Positions 1-10,574 of a DNA stretch of 64,000 nt are shown here, one piece after another. The stretch's first letter is position 1. The number at the start of each line of letters is the position of its first letter. The stretch is from Dehalococcoidia bacterium (GTDB taxonomy: Bacteria > Chloroflexota > Dehalococcoidia > UBA2979): assembly GCA_965262725.1 (NCBI GenBank), contig OZ253555.1, forward strand, positions 1,664,001 to 1,728,000. Direction: 5' to 3'. The notes beneath the pieces are model-generated. The model was not told where the DNA came from. It saw only the letters and a list, made by a program, of their open reading frames with translations, and made no database searches. Both the position numbers and the translations under genes were made by a program.

Positions 1-150
1 TGCCGGCGCCGCGGCCACGGGCACCGCCCCGGTGGCCGCCCCCGCGTGCTGCTCGCCGTCGCCTCCGCCTGCGGCGAGCAGCACGGCCGCGAGCGCCGCG
101 GCCACGACCACGGCCGAGGCGAGCACCGCGAAGCGGCCCTCCCCGGTCAC
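1..150 (-). CDS. Secreted/membrane-anchored protein downstream of the tad operon (runs off the window)
   Basis: GTG at 150 overlaps the stop of the upstream TadG-like gene; reads MTGEGRFAVLASAVVVAAALAAVLLAAGG..., a hydrophobic signal/TM segment. Confidence 0.55.
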   Translation of the reverse strand, partial: MTGEGRFAVLASAVVVAAALAAVLLAAGGGDGEQHAGAATGAVPVAAAPA

Positions 151-620
151 GCCGCCGCCGCCTCGCCCGGTGCCCCACCACCCACCGTCCGCACGACCCC
201 GTGCCGCGGTTCGGCCGAGGCGCGGGCGCGGATGCTCACGTGGCCTAAGCCGATCACGCGCAGGAAGGCCGTCGGGGCCCGGCGCTCGACCTCGACCGCG
301 ACCCGCGCCTCGCCGGCCGTCACCGTGTAGGCGAGCCCGTCCTCCGCCGCCAGGTAGCCGGAGGCCGCCGCGTGCGCCGCGGCCTCATCGAGTACGACCT
401 CCGACCCGCCGGAGGCGCGGTAGCGGGTTTCGTCGAGCTGCATCGCGCCGGCCGCGGCCGCCGCGTCGGCGACGTTCTGCAGCGCGCGGCGCTGCGCCAG
501 CAGCATCCCGCCGTCGACGACGAGCCCGGCGACGGTGACCAGAGCCACCAGCCAGAGCGCCACCAGCACCATCGCCGCCCCGCGCTCGTCTTCGTGGAGG
601 CGCCGCCGGCTCCCGCTCAC
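147..620 (-). CDS. tadG: TadG/TadE-like pseudopilin
   Basis: C-terminal part of ORF 147..1055; EDERG-AAMVLVALW leader, LVVDGG and RALQNVADAAAAAGA Tad motif; GTG at 620 overlaps the upstream stop. Confidence 0.85.
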   Translation of the reverse strand: MSGSRRRLHEDERGAAMVLVALWLVALVTVAGLVVDGGMLLAQRRALQNVADAAAAAGAMQLDETRYRASGGSEVVLDEAAAHAAASGYLAAEDGLAYTVTAGEARVAVEVERRAPTAFLRVIGLGHVSIRARASAEPRHGVVRTVGGGAPGEAAAA

Positions 621-1069
621 GGTCGCACCGCCGCCCGGCTGCGGTAGAGCTCGACGCGCTCCGCGTGCGCACTCCGGACCGTCACCCCGAGCCGGCCGAG
701 CATCGGCAGGTCGCCGAGCGCGACGCGGTAGGAGGCGATGGCGCGCACCGTGCCGCCGCGGCGGAAGGTCCCCGCCTCCAGCACGAGGTCGAGCTCCGCC
801 GCCTGAAGCCCGTGCCCGTCCGCCACGGCCAGCGCGCGCGAGCGGGCGCTGGCGAGCCCGTCCTGAGCGGACGGCGCCCGGGCGAGCGTGCGCCCCGCCT
901 CGCGCGCCACGGCCGCCACGCCGATCTGCGCGTGGACGATGCGCCCCGCCATCAGGACGCCGAAGGCCACCAGCAGGACCACCGGGACCACCAGCGCGGC
1001 CTCGATGAGCACGCCGCCGGATTCGCCCGCGGCCGGCCGGAGCAGCGCCCGACACGCTCTACGGACCAC
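617..1069 (-). CDS. tadE: TadE-family pseudopilin
   Basis: GESG-GVLIEAALVVP prepilin motif, AAVAREAGR. Confidence 0.85.
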   Translation of the reverse strand: MVRRACRALLRPAAGESGGVLIEAALVVPVVLLVAFGVLMAGRIVHAQIGVAAVAREAGRTLARAPSAQDGLASARSRALAVADGHGLQAAELDLVLEAGTFRRGGTVRAIASYRVALGDLPMLGRLGVTVRSAHAERVELYRSRAAVRP

Positions 1070-1475
1070 TGCGGAGTCCCTCCTTGCGGACCTCGGATCG
1101 CGACTCGATCGCGACGGCGAGGTCGCTCACCCACGGGATGAAGAGCCGGTACTGCCCGCTCGCCTCGGTCACCACCGTCCCGCCCTGGTCCTCCGCCCGG
1201 ACGGAGAAGGCCGCACCGGCCGCACCGAGCCCGGACGCGAGCACCTCCCGCGTGCGTTCCGCGCCCTCGAGCAGCGTGTGACCCTCGGCGGCGCCGAGCC
1301 GCGCTCCCTCCGCCGCCGCGGTGTCGGCGACGTTCCGTGCGTGCTGGATGAGCGCGAACTGCACCGCGCCCACCAGCACGACCAGGAGCGCCGGCAGCAC
1401 GAGCGCCAGCTCGAGCGTGCTCTGCCCCGACTCGCCTTCGTGCACGCGGACCGGCCTAGATCCCGTCCAGCGCAT
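1059..1475 (-). CDS. tadE: TadE-family pseudopilin (true start probably ~1445)
   Basis: GESG-QSTLELALVLP, AAAEGAR motif. Confidence 0.85.
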   Translation of the reverse strand: MRWTGSRPVRVHEGESGQSTLELALVLPALLVVLVGAVQFALIQHARNVADTAAAEGARLGAAEGHTLLEGAERTREVLASGLGAAGAAFSVRAEDQGGTVVTEASGQYRLFIPWVSDLAVAIESRSEVRKEGLRSGP

Positions 1476-1644
1476 CGGCGATGTCCTCGAAGACGCCGAC
1501 CACGCTGGTGCCGATCGCCTGCGCCGCGGTCAGCGCCACGACCGCGATCACGGCGGTGACGATCGCGTACTCGACCATCGCCGCACCGCGCTCGTCCTCG
1601 TGCAGCCTCCGCACCACCCCATGGATCCTCGTCAGCATCACCAC
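1456..1644 (-). CDS. flp: Flp/Fap type IVb pilin
   Basis: 62 aa; DERG-AAMVEYAIV Flp motif followed by a hydrophobic helix. Confidence 0.92.
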   Translation of the reverse strand: MVMLTRIHGVVRRLHEDERGAAMVEYAIVTAVIAVVALTAAQAIGTSVVGVFEDIADALDGI

Positions 1645-1672
1645 ACCCCCTTCCGGTCCATGACCAGCCGTC

Positions 1673-2617
1673 TCACTTGCCCAGGCCGAGCAGCTCCACC
1701 CCGGCGGGGTAGAGCAGGACGACCAGGAACACCGGGAAGATGAAAATCGTGACCGGGAACAGCATCCGGACGGCCGCCTTGCCGCCCTCCTCCAGCAGCT
1801 GCGCCCTTCTGCGGTCGCGCACGGTCTCCGCGAGCGAGAGGATCGCCGGCGCCAGCGGCAGGCCCTGCGTGTGCGAGAGCTGCCAGGCGCCGGCGAGCGA
1901 GCGCAGCTCGGCGATGCCCTCGCGGTCGGCGAGTAGCTGCAGCCCCTCGGCGCCCTCGACCGTGCCGAGCCCGGCCTCGCGCACCACCTCGCGCAGCGCC
2001 TCCCCCAGCACGCCGTCCAGCTGGCGGCCGGCCTCGACCAGCGCCTGCTCCGGGGAGAGCCCGGCCGACGCCGCGATCACGAAGAGGTCGAGCGCCACCG
2101 GCAGCTCGGCGTGGATCGCGCGGCGCCTTCTCGTGAGCCGGCCCGCGAGCTGCCAGCTCGGGGCGGCGAAGCCGATTGCGAACGCCCCCACCCAGAGCCA
2201 GACCGGCCACGCCCCGAAGGGGTGCACGCCCAGGACGTTCAGCGCGGGGAGAACCAGCGCCGACACGGCGCCGGTCGCGAGCTGCTGCCCGCGGAACTGC
2301 GGAGCGCTCATCCCCGGCCAGCCGAGCGCGAGCCGTGCGTCCAGGTCCCCCGCCTCGAGGCCGAGGCGCCTGAGCAGCCCCGAGGCCGCGCCGCCGGCGT
2401 CCTCCAGCAGCGGCCGCAGCAGCCGCTCGAGGAGCGCCCAGCGGAACATCGGCGCGCCGGGAGCGCCGGCGCGCTCCTCCTGGGCCATCCGCTCCTGCAC
2501 CGAGAGCCGCCGGAGCCGGGCCCCGAGCTCGGGGCGAGGCCGCCCCACGGGCTGCCCCATCAGCATCAGCCAGAGCCCGGCGCCGAGCGCGCAGCTGAGG
2601 GCGAGCGCGGCGCTCAC
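1673..2617 (-). CDS. tadC: TadC (T2SS-F family) inner-membrane platform protein
   Basis: ELPVALDLFVIAASAGLS and MLFPVTIFIFP motifs; GTG start at 2617 overlaps the tadB stop. Confidence 0.88.
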   Translation of the reverse strand: MSAALALSCALGAGLWLMLMGQPVGRPRPELGARLRRLSVQERMAQEERAGAPGAPMFRWALLERLLRPLLEDAGGAASGLLRRLGLEAGDLDARLALGWPGMSAPQFRGQQLATGAVSALVLPALNVLGVHPFGAWPVWLWVGAFAIGFAAPSWQLAGRLTRRRRAIHAELPVALDLFVIAASAGLSPEQALVEAGRQLDGVLGEALREVVREAGLGTVEGAEGLQLLADREGIAELRSLAGAWQLSHTQGLPLAPAILSLAETVRDRRRAQLLEEGGKAAVRMLFPVTIFIFPVFLVVLLYPAGVELLGLGK

Positions 2618-3492
2618 CTCAGCACCCGCTCCTGGCCCGGCAGCGCCGCCTGCCGGAGCATCACCGTGTAGCCGACGGTGATGCTGAGCAGGCAGCACGC
2701 GAGCACCGCCTGCCCCACGGGCTGCGAGAAGGCGGCCAGGTAGTTCGGGTTGGAGCCGCGGATGACCAGGATCAGCAGCAGCGGCAGCGCCGCGATCACC
2801 CGCGCCGACAGCACGTTCTGGGCCTGGTTCGCCCGCACCTCGCGGCGCACCTGCACGCTGCCGCGCACCGAGGCGCTGAGCCCGTCGAGCACCGCCGCGA
2901 GATTGCGGCCGCCGATCCGGTAGGCGGTGAGGAGCGCCACCGCCAGCGTGTCGAAGAGCGGCTCCGCCAGCCGCTCGCGCGCCCGCTCCAGCGCCTCCTC
3001 GAAGCCGGCCAGCCGGAGGTCGCGCTCCACCTGGCTGAAGACCGGCCGCAGCGCCTGGGGACCGGTCACGGCGAGCGCGCGCAGCGCCTCCTCGACGCCG
3101 AGCCCGATGCGCACGGCGTCGCGCAGCGTCTCGACCGCCTCGCCGACCGCCTCCTCGATCTCGCCGCGGCGCCTCTGGGCGCGCTGCCGGTAGTACCACG
3201 TCGGAAGCAGCAGCCCGGCGCCCGCGGCCGCGAGCGTCACCACCGGCCAGCCGAAGAAGAGCTGGGAGAGGAGCGCGCTCGCCGCACCCGCGGCCGCGCT
3301 CGCCGGCGCCAGCTCGCGGAGGCCCACCCCGTCCGCGCCGGGCGAGGCGAGGCGCCGCGCGATCCAGCCCGCACGCCCGGCGGGCGGCTCGTTCGGGTCC
3401 TCGTCGGGGCGCGCCTCGGCCTGCCCGCCGGCGAGCCAGCGGAATATGAGGTAGAGGCCGAGCCCGAAGGCGAGGCTCAGCACGACGTGCAC
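2614..3492 (-). CDS. tadB: TadB (T2SS-F family) membrane protein
   Basis: TM segments; GGRNLAAVLD; SARVIAALP. Confidence 0.88.
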   Translation of the reverse strand: MHVVLSLAFGLGLYLIFRWLAGGQAEARPDEDPNEPPAGRAGWIARRLASPGADGVGLRELAPASAAAGAASALLSQLFFGWPVVTLAAAGAGLLLPTWYYRQRAQRRRGEIEEAVGEAVETLRDAVRIGLGVEEALRALAVTGPQALRPVFSQVERDLRLAGFEEALERARERLAEPLFDTLAVALLTAYRIGGRNLAAVLDGLSASVRGSVQVRREVRANQAQNVLSARVIAALPLLLILVIRGSNPNYLAAFSQPVGQAVLACCLLSITVGYTVMLRQAALPGQERVLR

Positions 3493-3514
3493 GGGAGGCT
3501 CCTCCCCGGCGCCG

Positions 3515-4786
3515 TCACGGGGCGCTCGCGCCGGGTCCGGGGTAGCCGGCCTCGAGCATCCGCGCCGCCCGCCGGGGGCGGATGCCGGTCCACGCGAGCC
3601 GGCCGGCGCCGCGCGCGAAGAGCTCGCTCCCGGCGACCTGGTCGCCCTCCAGACCCGTGACCTCGTAGATGCTCGAGACGAGGCGGCGGCCCGACGGGTC
3701 CATGCGCAGGTGCACGACGAGCTGTATGGCCTCGGCGATCATCTCGGTGACGGCCTGCGCCGGGAGCGCCTCCTCCGCCATCAGCGCGTAGGTGCGGAGC
3801 TTGGTCAGCGCCTCGCGCGGGCCGTTGGCGTGGATCGTGCACATCGAGCCGTCGTGGCCCGAGTTCATGGCGGTGAGCATGTCGAGCGCCTCGGCGCCGC
3901 GGACCTCGCCCACCACGATCCGCGTCGGCCGCATGCGCAGCGCGTTCTTGACCAGCGAGCGGATCGAGACGCCGCCGGCGCCCTCGGCGTTGGGCTGACG
4001 CGCCTGCAGCGCGACGCAGTCCGGCAGCACCGGCTCGAGCTGGAGTTCCGCCGTCTCCTCGATGGTGACGACCCGCTCCGTCAGCCCCGAGACCGACGAC
4101 CCGAGCGCGTTCAGGCAGGTCGTCTTGCCCGAGCCGGTGCCCCCGGCGATCAGCATGTTCAGGCCGCAGCGCACCGCCGCCTCCAGGAACGCGGCGGCCT
4201 CGGGCGTGAGCGCCTCGAGTGAGACGAGGTCCTCGAGCGTGCGCGCCCGCAGCAGGAACTTGCGGATCGTGGCGTGCGTGCCGCCGGAGGCGAGCGGCGG
4301 CATCACGGCGTTGAGCCGCGAGCCGTCTGAGAGGCGGGCGTCGACCATCGGGGAGGTCTCGTCGAGCCGCCGCCCGAGCGGACCGAGCGCGCGGCGCAGC
4401 AGCGCCAGCAGCTGCTCGTCGTCCTCGAACACGACGTCGGTCAGCCGCTTGCTGCCGCCGGCTATGGCGAAGATGCGCTGCGGGCCGTTGACGATGATCT
4501 CCTCGACCTCGGGGTCATCCAGCAGGGGCTGCAGCGGCCCGAGGCCGAGGAGATCATCGAGGATGCGGCGCGCGAGCCGCTCCGGCTCGACGAGCGCCGG
4601 CTCGCCGAGCGTCGCCGAGCGCCGGTTGGCGGCAGCGATGCGCTCGGAGACGAGCCGCTCCACCTGCTCATGCTCCGCCGGCCCCGGCTGAAGCAGCGCC
4701 TCGGCGTCCAGCAGCGTCCGGAGCTCGTCGCGCACCTCGCTCCTGATCGCGCGCTCGCGCTCGCCCCCGACGGCCGGCGCCACCAT
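3515..4786 (-). CDS. cpaF: TadA/CpaF pilus assembly ATPase
   Basis: [17 protein letters not shown], Walker [31 protein letters not shown]. Confidence 0.96.
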   Translation of the reverse strand: MVAPAVGGERERAIRSEVRDELRTLLDAEALLQPGPAEHEQVERLVSERIAAANRRSATLGEPALVEPERLARRILDDLLGLGPLQPLLDDPEVEEIIVNGPQRIFAIAGGSKRLTDVVFEDDEQLLALLRRALGPLGRRLDETSPMVDARLSDGSRLNAVMPPLASGGTHATIRKFLLRARTLEDLVSLEALTPEAAAFLEAAVRCGLNMLIAGGTGSGKTTCLNALGSSVSGLTERVVTIEETAELQLEPVLPDCVALQARQPNAEGAGGVSIRSLVKNALRMRPTRIVVGEVRGAEALDMLTAMNSGHDGSMCTIHANGPREALTKLRTYALMAEEALPAQAVTEMIAEAIQLVVHLRMDPSGRRLVSSIYEVTGLEGDQVAGSELFARGAGRLAWTGIRPRRAARMLEAGYPGPGASAP

Positions 4787-4787
4787 C

Positions 4788-6017
4788 TCAGTACCCCTCG
4801 GCCAGACCGAACGTCAGCCAGTCGGCGCCCTGGAGCGCCGCGGCGGGCGCCGCCGCTGCCGGTGCCGCGGGGGCAAGCGCCCCTGCGAGCGCGCGGAGGT
4901 CGAGCGTCACCTTCCCGCCCGCGGCGGAGAGCGGGATCTGCCTCGACACCGCCCGGCGCGCGCTCTCGCGCTCCTCCCGCACCACGCCCAGGACCGCCAT
5001 GCCGAGCGCCCGCCCGACCTCGCCGGCGGGGTAGTGCTCCCGGCCCTCGCGGCGGTTCACGACCGCGCGGGGCAGTGCGGAGCCCGTGTCCTCCCGGATC
5101 GCGGGGAGCGCGGTGCGCGCGTTCCAGATCGAGACCAGATCGGGGCCCGTCACCAGCAGCAACTCGTCGGCCGCCCGCAGCAGCCCCGCATCAGGCGGCG
5201 CGCCGAGGTCCACCACCACCGTCTCGAAGCGCTCGCGCAGCGCCGCCAGCACGCCGCTCAGCGCCCCGCCCGCCAGCCCCGCCGCGAGCTCGGGGCGCTC
5301 CACGCCCGCGAGCACGGAGCAGCCCGGCCCCTCCTGCAGCTCGCGGTCGAGCCGCCCGCCCGCCGCCGCCAGTCCCACCAGCCCGCGCCGCGGGTCGAGA
5401 TCCAGGTAGGGCGCGACGTTGCCGCCGCGGAGGTCCGCGTCCAGCAGCACGACGTCCGTGCCGCTCTCACCCAGCAGCGCCGCCAGCGAGATCGCGATCG
5501 TCGTCTTCCCCGGCGCGCCCTTGCCGCTGGTGACGGCCACGACGCGGCCGCCGGGACGCTGCGCGCGAGGGGCCGGGACGTCCCGCTCCGCCGCGGGAGG
5601 GAGCGCGGCGGGCGGGGCGCCGGCTGAGCCGGCGGCGTCCACGGGGCCCGCAGGCCGCGCGCCGGACGCCGCGGCCTGCCGGAGGGCTGCCGCGACGATG
5701 GCGCCGGGCGATGCGGCGGGAAGCACCCGCCCGAGTCCCGCGAGCCTCGCCGCGTCGGCGGCGTCCGCCGCCAGCAGCACCACCGGCAGCCCACGCTCGC
5801 GCAGCGCGGCGAGCACGCCGTCCGAGAGCCGGTGCAGCTCCGCCGCCGCCAGCACGACATCGAAGCCGGGCTGAGAGGCCCGCTCCAGCAGGCTCGGCCC
5901 GTCCAGGCAGCGCCCGCCGATGGCGATCCCGGCCTGGGCCAGCTCCCTGCTCAGCCGCCGCTCCAGCTCGCGGCTTCCGGCCGCGAGCAGCACCCGCGGG
6001 TCGCTCTGCATCGTCAC
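4788..6017 (-). CDS. cpaE: CpaE/TadZ: receiver-like N-terminus plus MinD/ParA ATPase
   Basis: SGKGAPGKTT deviant Walker A, LLDADL; position in tad operon. Confidence 0.85.
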   Translation of the reverse strand: MTMQSDPRVLLAAGSRELERRLSRELAQAGIAIGGRCLDGPSLLERASQPGFDVVLAAAELHRLSDGVLAALRERGLPVVLLAADAADAARLAGLGRVLPAASPGAIVAAALRQAAASGARPAGPVDAAGSAGAPPAALPPAAERDVPAPRAQRPGGRVVAVTSGKGAPGKTTIAISLAALLGESGTDVVLLDADLRGGNVAPYLDLDPRRGLVGLAAAGGRLDRELQEGPGCSVLAGVERPELAAGLAGGALSGVLAALRERFETVVVDLGAPPDAGLLRAADELLLVTGPDLVSIWNARTALPAIREDTGSALPRAVVNRREGREHYPAGEVGRALGMAVLGVVREERESARRAVSRQIPLSAAGGKVTLDLRALAGALAPAAPAAAAPAAALQGADWLTFGLAEGY

Positions 6018-6784
6018 GGACGGCCTCCCTCACCTCCTGCGGGCCGGACGGCGGGCCCGGAGCCGGGCTCCGGCTGAAGCAGCAGCAGCGTCAGCTCGGC
6101 GTTGACGAGGGCGTGCGCGACCGCCTCCGCCCGCTCCCTGGGGATCACCAGCGTCACGTTGGCGGGGCGGCCGTCCTCCGAGGCGTCGCCCGACCCGCCG
6201 AGGGAGACCCGCGTCGACTCCAGCGCCACCGCGTAGACCACCGCCCGCTCCAGGAGCGCCACCGTCCGGCTCTCCGGCCGGCCCGGCTCGCTCGTCGCCA
6301 TCACCGTCACCACGGCGCCGCGGCGCAGCCGCCCGAAGACGGCGTCGTCTTCGACCGGGATCGTCACGGCGAGCTCACCGGGGCCGATCACCGGGCCGCT
6401 CCCCAGGTCGGGACGCACCACGAGCTCGCCGGCATGGATCGCGCCGGTCGCCGTACGGCCGACGGCGGCAGCGAGCTCCGCCTCGGGCAGCGCGAGCGCG
6501 GCGAGCGGCCCCTCGAGCCGCGCCTCGGCCAGCGCCAGGTCGTCCGGCTCGATCACGGCCCCGGAGCCGATGTCGCGTGCGGCGACCACCACCGCTGTCG
6601 TGGTCCGCGCCGCGCTCCACAGCGTCAGGCCGCCCACCACGGAGACGGCGACGAGGGCGAGGCCGGCCAAAAGCCGCATGTCGACGCGGGGCAGCGCCAC
6701 CGCTCGTCCGCGTTGCTCCGCGCTCTCGGCCGCCATCGCCCCGCCCCCGCCCGTCTCGCCGACCCGGCGCCGCTCCGAAGCCAC
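6014..6784 (-). CDS. cpaB: CpaB/RcpC-like SAF-domain pilus assembly protein
   Basis: TM followed by VVVAARDIGSGAVI..DL SAF motif, VTLVIP..AEAVA. Confidence 0.8.
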   Translation of the reverse strand: MASERRRVGETGGGGAMAAESAEQRGRAVALPRVDMRLLAGLALVAVSVVGGLTLWSAARTTTAVVVAARDIGSGAVIEPDDLALAEARLEGPLAALALPEAELAAAVGRTATGAIHAGELVVRPDLGSGPVIGPGELAVTIPVEDDAVFGRLRRGAVVTVMATSEPGRPESRTVALLERAVVYAVALESTRVSLGGSGDASEDGRPANVTLVIPRERAEAVAHALVNAELTLLLLQPEPGSGPAVRPAGGEGGRP

Positions 6785-7020
6785 TCGACCTGGACGCCGG
6801 CGCTCGGCGAAACGGCCAACACCCTACGACGGGCACCGTTCCCATTTGCGCGGCAGATCCGCGCCCCGGGGACGGATATGGGCCCACCGGCGCCCCCATC
6901 GCGCACGCCATGGCCCCGAAACAGGTTCAGAACAGGCGGATATCGGGGATCGCGTTTTGGTACGCCACTTGGAACGGTCTGTTCCACGGAATAGAACATC
7001 GAGTCACCCGAAACAGGTGG

Positions 7021-7827
7021 ATGGCGGCGGGAGAGGAGGAACGGAGGCATGTGATGCGCGTGGATGACCCCGCCGGAGGAACGCGCCCGCCGGTCCGCCG
7101 GACCCGCGGGCGCGTTCCCCGGGAGCTCCGCGTCTCCCTGCTGGGCACGTCCGCGGTCACCGCGGACGGCGTCGAATGCGAACTGCCGAAGGGCGCCCGG
7201 CGCCTCGTCGCCCTGCTCGCCCTCAACCCGCGCGGCCTGCACAGGAGCGACGCCGCCCGCCGGCTCACCCCCCTCCTGGAGACCGAGAGCGCACGGGCGA
7301 GCCTGCGCAAGGCGCTCACCCGCCTGCGGGCCACGCGCCTTCCGCTGATCGAAGCGGACGGCGCCACGCTGCGCCTCCACCCCCGCGTGACGGTCGACGT
7401 GCGGGAGGCGGAGGCGCTGGCCGCCCGCATCGCGGATCCCTCGCAGCCCCTGCCCGGGGACGGTCGCCACGAGATCCTCATGCTGGAGCCGCTGGCCGGC
7501 TGGGACGACGAGTGGGCCGACCGCGCCCGCACGGGGCTCAGCGGCCGGTTCCTGCGCGCCCTGGACGGATACGCGCGCCGGCTCGCCTCGCGCGGCGATG
7601 TGGACGAGGCGCTGGCCGTCGCCCAGCAGACATGGGACAGCGATCCGCTGCACGAGAGCACCGCCGGCGTGCTGATCGAGATCCACATCGACGACGGGAA
7701 CGCCGACCAGGCGCTGCGCGTCTACCACGCCCTCGAGCGGCACATCGCGGTGGCGCGCGGGCGCGAACCCTCGCGGAAGCTGCAGGCGCTGGTCGCGCCG
7801 CTGCTCGACGGACGGCCGCGATCCTGA
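7021..7827 (+). CDS. SARP/BTAD-family transcriptional activator, divergent from tad operon
   Basis: VSLLG..., RRLVALLAL, ARASLRKALTRLR, VDV, DPLHE, ALRVY..L, G.EPS motifs typical of AfsR/SARP wHTH+BTAD; start 7021 or 7054. Confidence 0.85.
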   Translation: MAAGEEERRHVMRVDDPAGGTRPPVRRTRGRVPRELRVSLLGTSAVTADGVECELPKGARRLVALLALNPRGLHRSDAARRLTPLLETESARASLRKALTRLRATRLPLIEADGATLRLHPRVTVDVREAEALAARIADPSQPLPGDGRHEILMLEPLAGWDDEWADRARTGLSGRFLRALDGYARRLASRGDVDEALAVAQQTWDSDPLHESTAGVLIEIHIDDGNADQALRVYHALERHIAVARGREPSRKLQALVAPLLDGRPRS

Positions 7828-8010
7828 CGGGGGCCCGGGTGCGGAGCACGGGCGCCGTGATGCGTCGACACGCGCGTGGCTGGCCGCCGGCCACCGACGT
7901 ATGCAGTCCCCGCGCTCTGGTTCGGCAGAGCGTCCAGTGGGAAAATGAGCGCTCGGTCCGGCGTGCCGTGTCTCCGATGAGTCGCGTGCGGCGGTGGGAG
8001 CGAGGGGCGG

Positions 8011-8931
8011 GTGAGCGACGTCGCCATTCGGACCGATGGCCTGACCAAGCGGTACGGCAGGAATGTCGCCGTCGACGGGCTCTCGATCGAGGTGGCGCGA
8101 GGGCACGTCTACGGCCTTCTCGGCCCGAACGGATCGGGCAAGACGACGACGATCGGCATGCTGCTCGGGCTGCTCCGACCGACGTCGGGTACCTTCAGCC
8201 TCCTGGGCTCGGCTGAGAGACACCGGGACGCCCTGCGTCGAGTCGGCGCCGTCGTGGAGACTCCCTCCTTCTACCCGTACCTCTCGGGGCGCCGGAACCT
8301 CGCCTACTTCCAGGGGATCTCGGGCCGGGGCTCTCCCGCGGACGTCGACGCGCTGCTCGACAGGGTCGGGCTCCTGCCCCGCGCGGACGGCCGCTTCCAC
8401 ACCTACTCCCTCGGCATGAAGCAGCGCCTGGGCATCGCGTACGCCTTGCTGGGGGACCCGGAGCTCCTGTTTCTGGATGAGCCGACCAACGGGATGGACC
8501 CGGAGGGCATGGCCGAGATCCGGGAGCTGATTCGGAGCCTGGGAACAGACGGCCGGACCGTGCTCCTCTCGAGCCATCTCCTCAACGAGGTCGAGCAGGT
8601 CTGCGACAGCGTGACGATCCTGTCGAAGGGACAGCTGGTGGCGCAGGGCCGGGTCGCCGAGCTGTTAGGGGGCCGGGGCCGACCGCAGATGCGGATGCGG
8701 ACCACCGACGACGCGGCGGCCCACGGGATCCTCTCGGCCCTGGACTGGGTCGACGAGGTGCGTCCGGCGGACGGCTCCCTCATGGTGTCGGCCCCGCACG
8801 AGCGATCCTGGGAGCTGACGGCCGCCCTGGGTCACGCCGGTGTGTACGTCTCCGAGCTCACGCCCGTCCAGACCTCACTCGAGGCGTACTTCCTCGAGGT
8901 CACGGGCGACGGCGAGGCGGAGAGCGCATGA
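8011..8931 (+). CDS. ABC transporter ATP-binding protein (ABC-2 exporter type)
   Basis: GPNGSGKTT, YSLGMKQR, LFLDEPT. Confidence 0.95.
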   Translation: MSDVAIRTDGLTKRYGRNVAVDGLSIEVARGHVYGLLGPNGSGKTTTIGMLLGLLRPTSGTFSLLGSAERHRDALRRVGAVVETPSFYPYLSGRRNLAYFQGISGRGSPADVDALLDRVGLLPRADGRFHTYSLGMKQRLGIAYALLGDPELLFLDEPTNGMDPEGMAEIRELIRSLGTDGRTVLLSSHLLNEVEQVCDSVTILSKGQLVAQGRVAELLGGRGRPQMRMRTTDDAAAHGILSALDWVDEVRPADGSLMVSAPHERSWELTAALGHAGVYVSELTPVQTSLEAYFLEVTGDGEAESA

Positions 8932-9929
8932 TCGCGCACGTCCTGCGCCTCACGTACTGGGAGTGGTTCAAGCTGCGGCGGCGCTGGATGCCCTGGATCC
9001 TGCTGGCCGTCGCCGTCGTCCTCGCGCAGATCGGCGTGTGGGCCAGCTACGCCCTGTTCCACAACGAGTCCCTGCAGGACGCTCTTTCGGGAGGGAGCTT
9101 CTCGACGACCTACGTCAACGACGGCCGGACCATCACGGTGACGGCGACGTGCGCGGACCTCGTGAACGAGCGACCGCCCGACGGCCTCGAGCTGCTCTCC
9201 GATGCGCAGCGGCGGGACTTCCTGGCCGACGCCGAGCGCTTCCGCGACGAGAGCTGTTCCGGCGCTCCGGCACGCGAGAACATGCGCGAGGGATTCGCGC
9301 TGCCGAGCGCCATTCCGAGGGCCGTGGCGGGCGTGTTCGGCATCGCCGCGCTGCTCGTCCTGATCCTGACCGCATCGGCCCTCGGAAACGAGTACGGCTG
9401 GGGAACTCTCAGGCCGGCGGTCTCCGGGGGGGCCGGACGCTGGCCGCTGCTGCTGTCGAGGCTCGTCCTGCTGATGCTCCTGGGCGCGGGGGGACTCGTC
9501 GTCGTGGGCGCCTCCGCGGCCGTCTCCAGCGTCCTCGCCTCAGTCGTCCCGCCGGCCGAATCCGGAGGGCTCACGGGATCCGGCGAGTGGACCGACGCCG
9601 CGATGACGATGGGCAGGGCCGCCTACGGGCTCGCCCCCTACGTCGCGCTCGCCGCCCTCCTGACCGTGCTGACCCGCTCCGCGAACGCGGCTATGGGCAT
9701 CAGCCTGGGGTACTTCGTCGTCGAGCTCATCTTCGTCCCCCTGCTTCGGAGCTTCGACTGGGGCGAGAGCGTCTCGGCGGCGCTCATCGGCACGAACGTG
9801 GGCATATGGATGGACGGCTCGGATGCGCTCCGGGCGTTCCTCGTGCTGCTGGCGTATACGGTGGCGTCCGCGGGGGGCGCCCTCTGGATCTTCGAGCGCC
9901 GGGACATCACGGGCGCGACGGGCAGCTAG
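8928..9929 (+). CDS. ABC-2 type permease
   Basis: Multiple TMs; EYGWGTLR; C-terminal FERRDI; overlaps ATPase stop. Confidence 0.9.
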   Translation: MIAHVLRLTYWEWFKLRRRWMPWILLAVAVVLAQIGVWASYALFHNESLQDALSGGSFSTTYVNDGRTITVTATCADLVNERPPDGLELLSDAQRRDFLADAERFRDESCSGAPARENMREGFALPSAIPRAVAGVFGIAALLVLILTASALGNEYGWGTLRPAVSGGAGRWPLLLSRLVLLMLLGAGGLVVVGASAAVSSVLASVVPPAESGGLTGSGEWTDAAMTMGRAAYGLAPYVALAALLTVLTRSANAAMGISLGYFVVELIFVPLLRSFDWGESVSAALIGTNVGIWMDGSDALRAFLVLLAYTVASAGGALWIFERRDITGATGS

Positions 9930-10574
9930 CCGGAATCCCCGGACCGGGGCGGCGCCACTTCTGGCAGCAGGTCGGGGCGCAGTTCGGGCAGACCGCGCGT
10001 CACGGCGATCGGTCCTCACGCGGTCGCCCGCCCAGTGCGGGCTCGGCGCAGGGGCGAGCACCCGACGTTCGAGACCCTCTGCTTCGAACCGGCGCTGCAG
10101 TGCGAAGCCAGTCGGGACGGCTACCTGGCACGCCACGAGCGAGCCAGCCGTCCCGTGGCGCGGGCGCACGCCTGCTGCGCTTCACGCCGCGGGTCGTGTG
10201 GTCGCTCCGCCGCACGGGACTCTCGCCATCGCGCCTCGACCCGGACCGTCTCCCGTCCGAGTCGCCTGTCGGGTACCGGTCTTCCTGGTGTCTCCCCGGA
10301 TCCGCAGGCAACGGGGCCCCGACTCACTGGCTGCCCCGGATGTGCACGCGGACATGCGCGGGATCGGGGGGCGGGTGGAGGAGTCGCCACTCGCCGCGAT
10401 CACGGTGTAGCGGTGATGCGAGCCGGGGCCGTCCCGCCCGGGCCGCGAGGCGTTGGCGGCGCAGCAGGTGGAGACGGCCGCCGACCCCGGCGATCCGCAT
10501 CCGAGCGCCCGCGCAGCGGGCCGGGCGAGCGCCCGCGCGGCGGGGTATGCTCGCGCGACGACGATGAGCACGGC

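Noticed and set aside
9930-10570. Possible genes or ncRNA between ABC permease and IrrE remnant (also 24000-24700, 39030-39700, 53250-53800)
   Set aside because: No recognisable motif, RBS or structure; probably decayed fragments.
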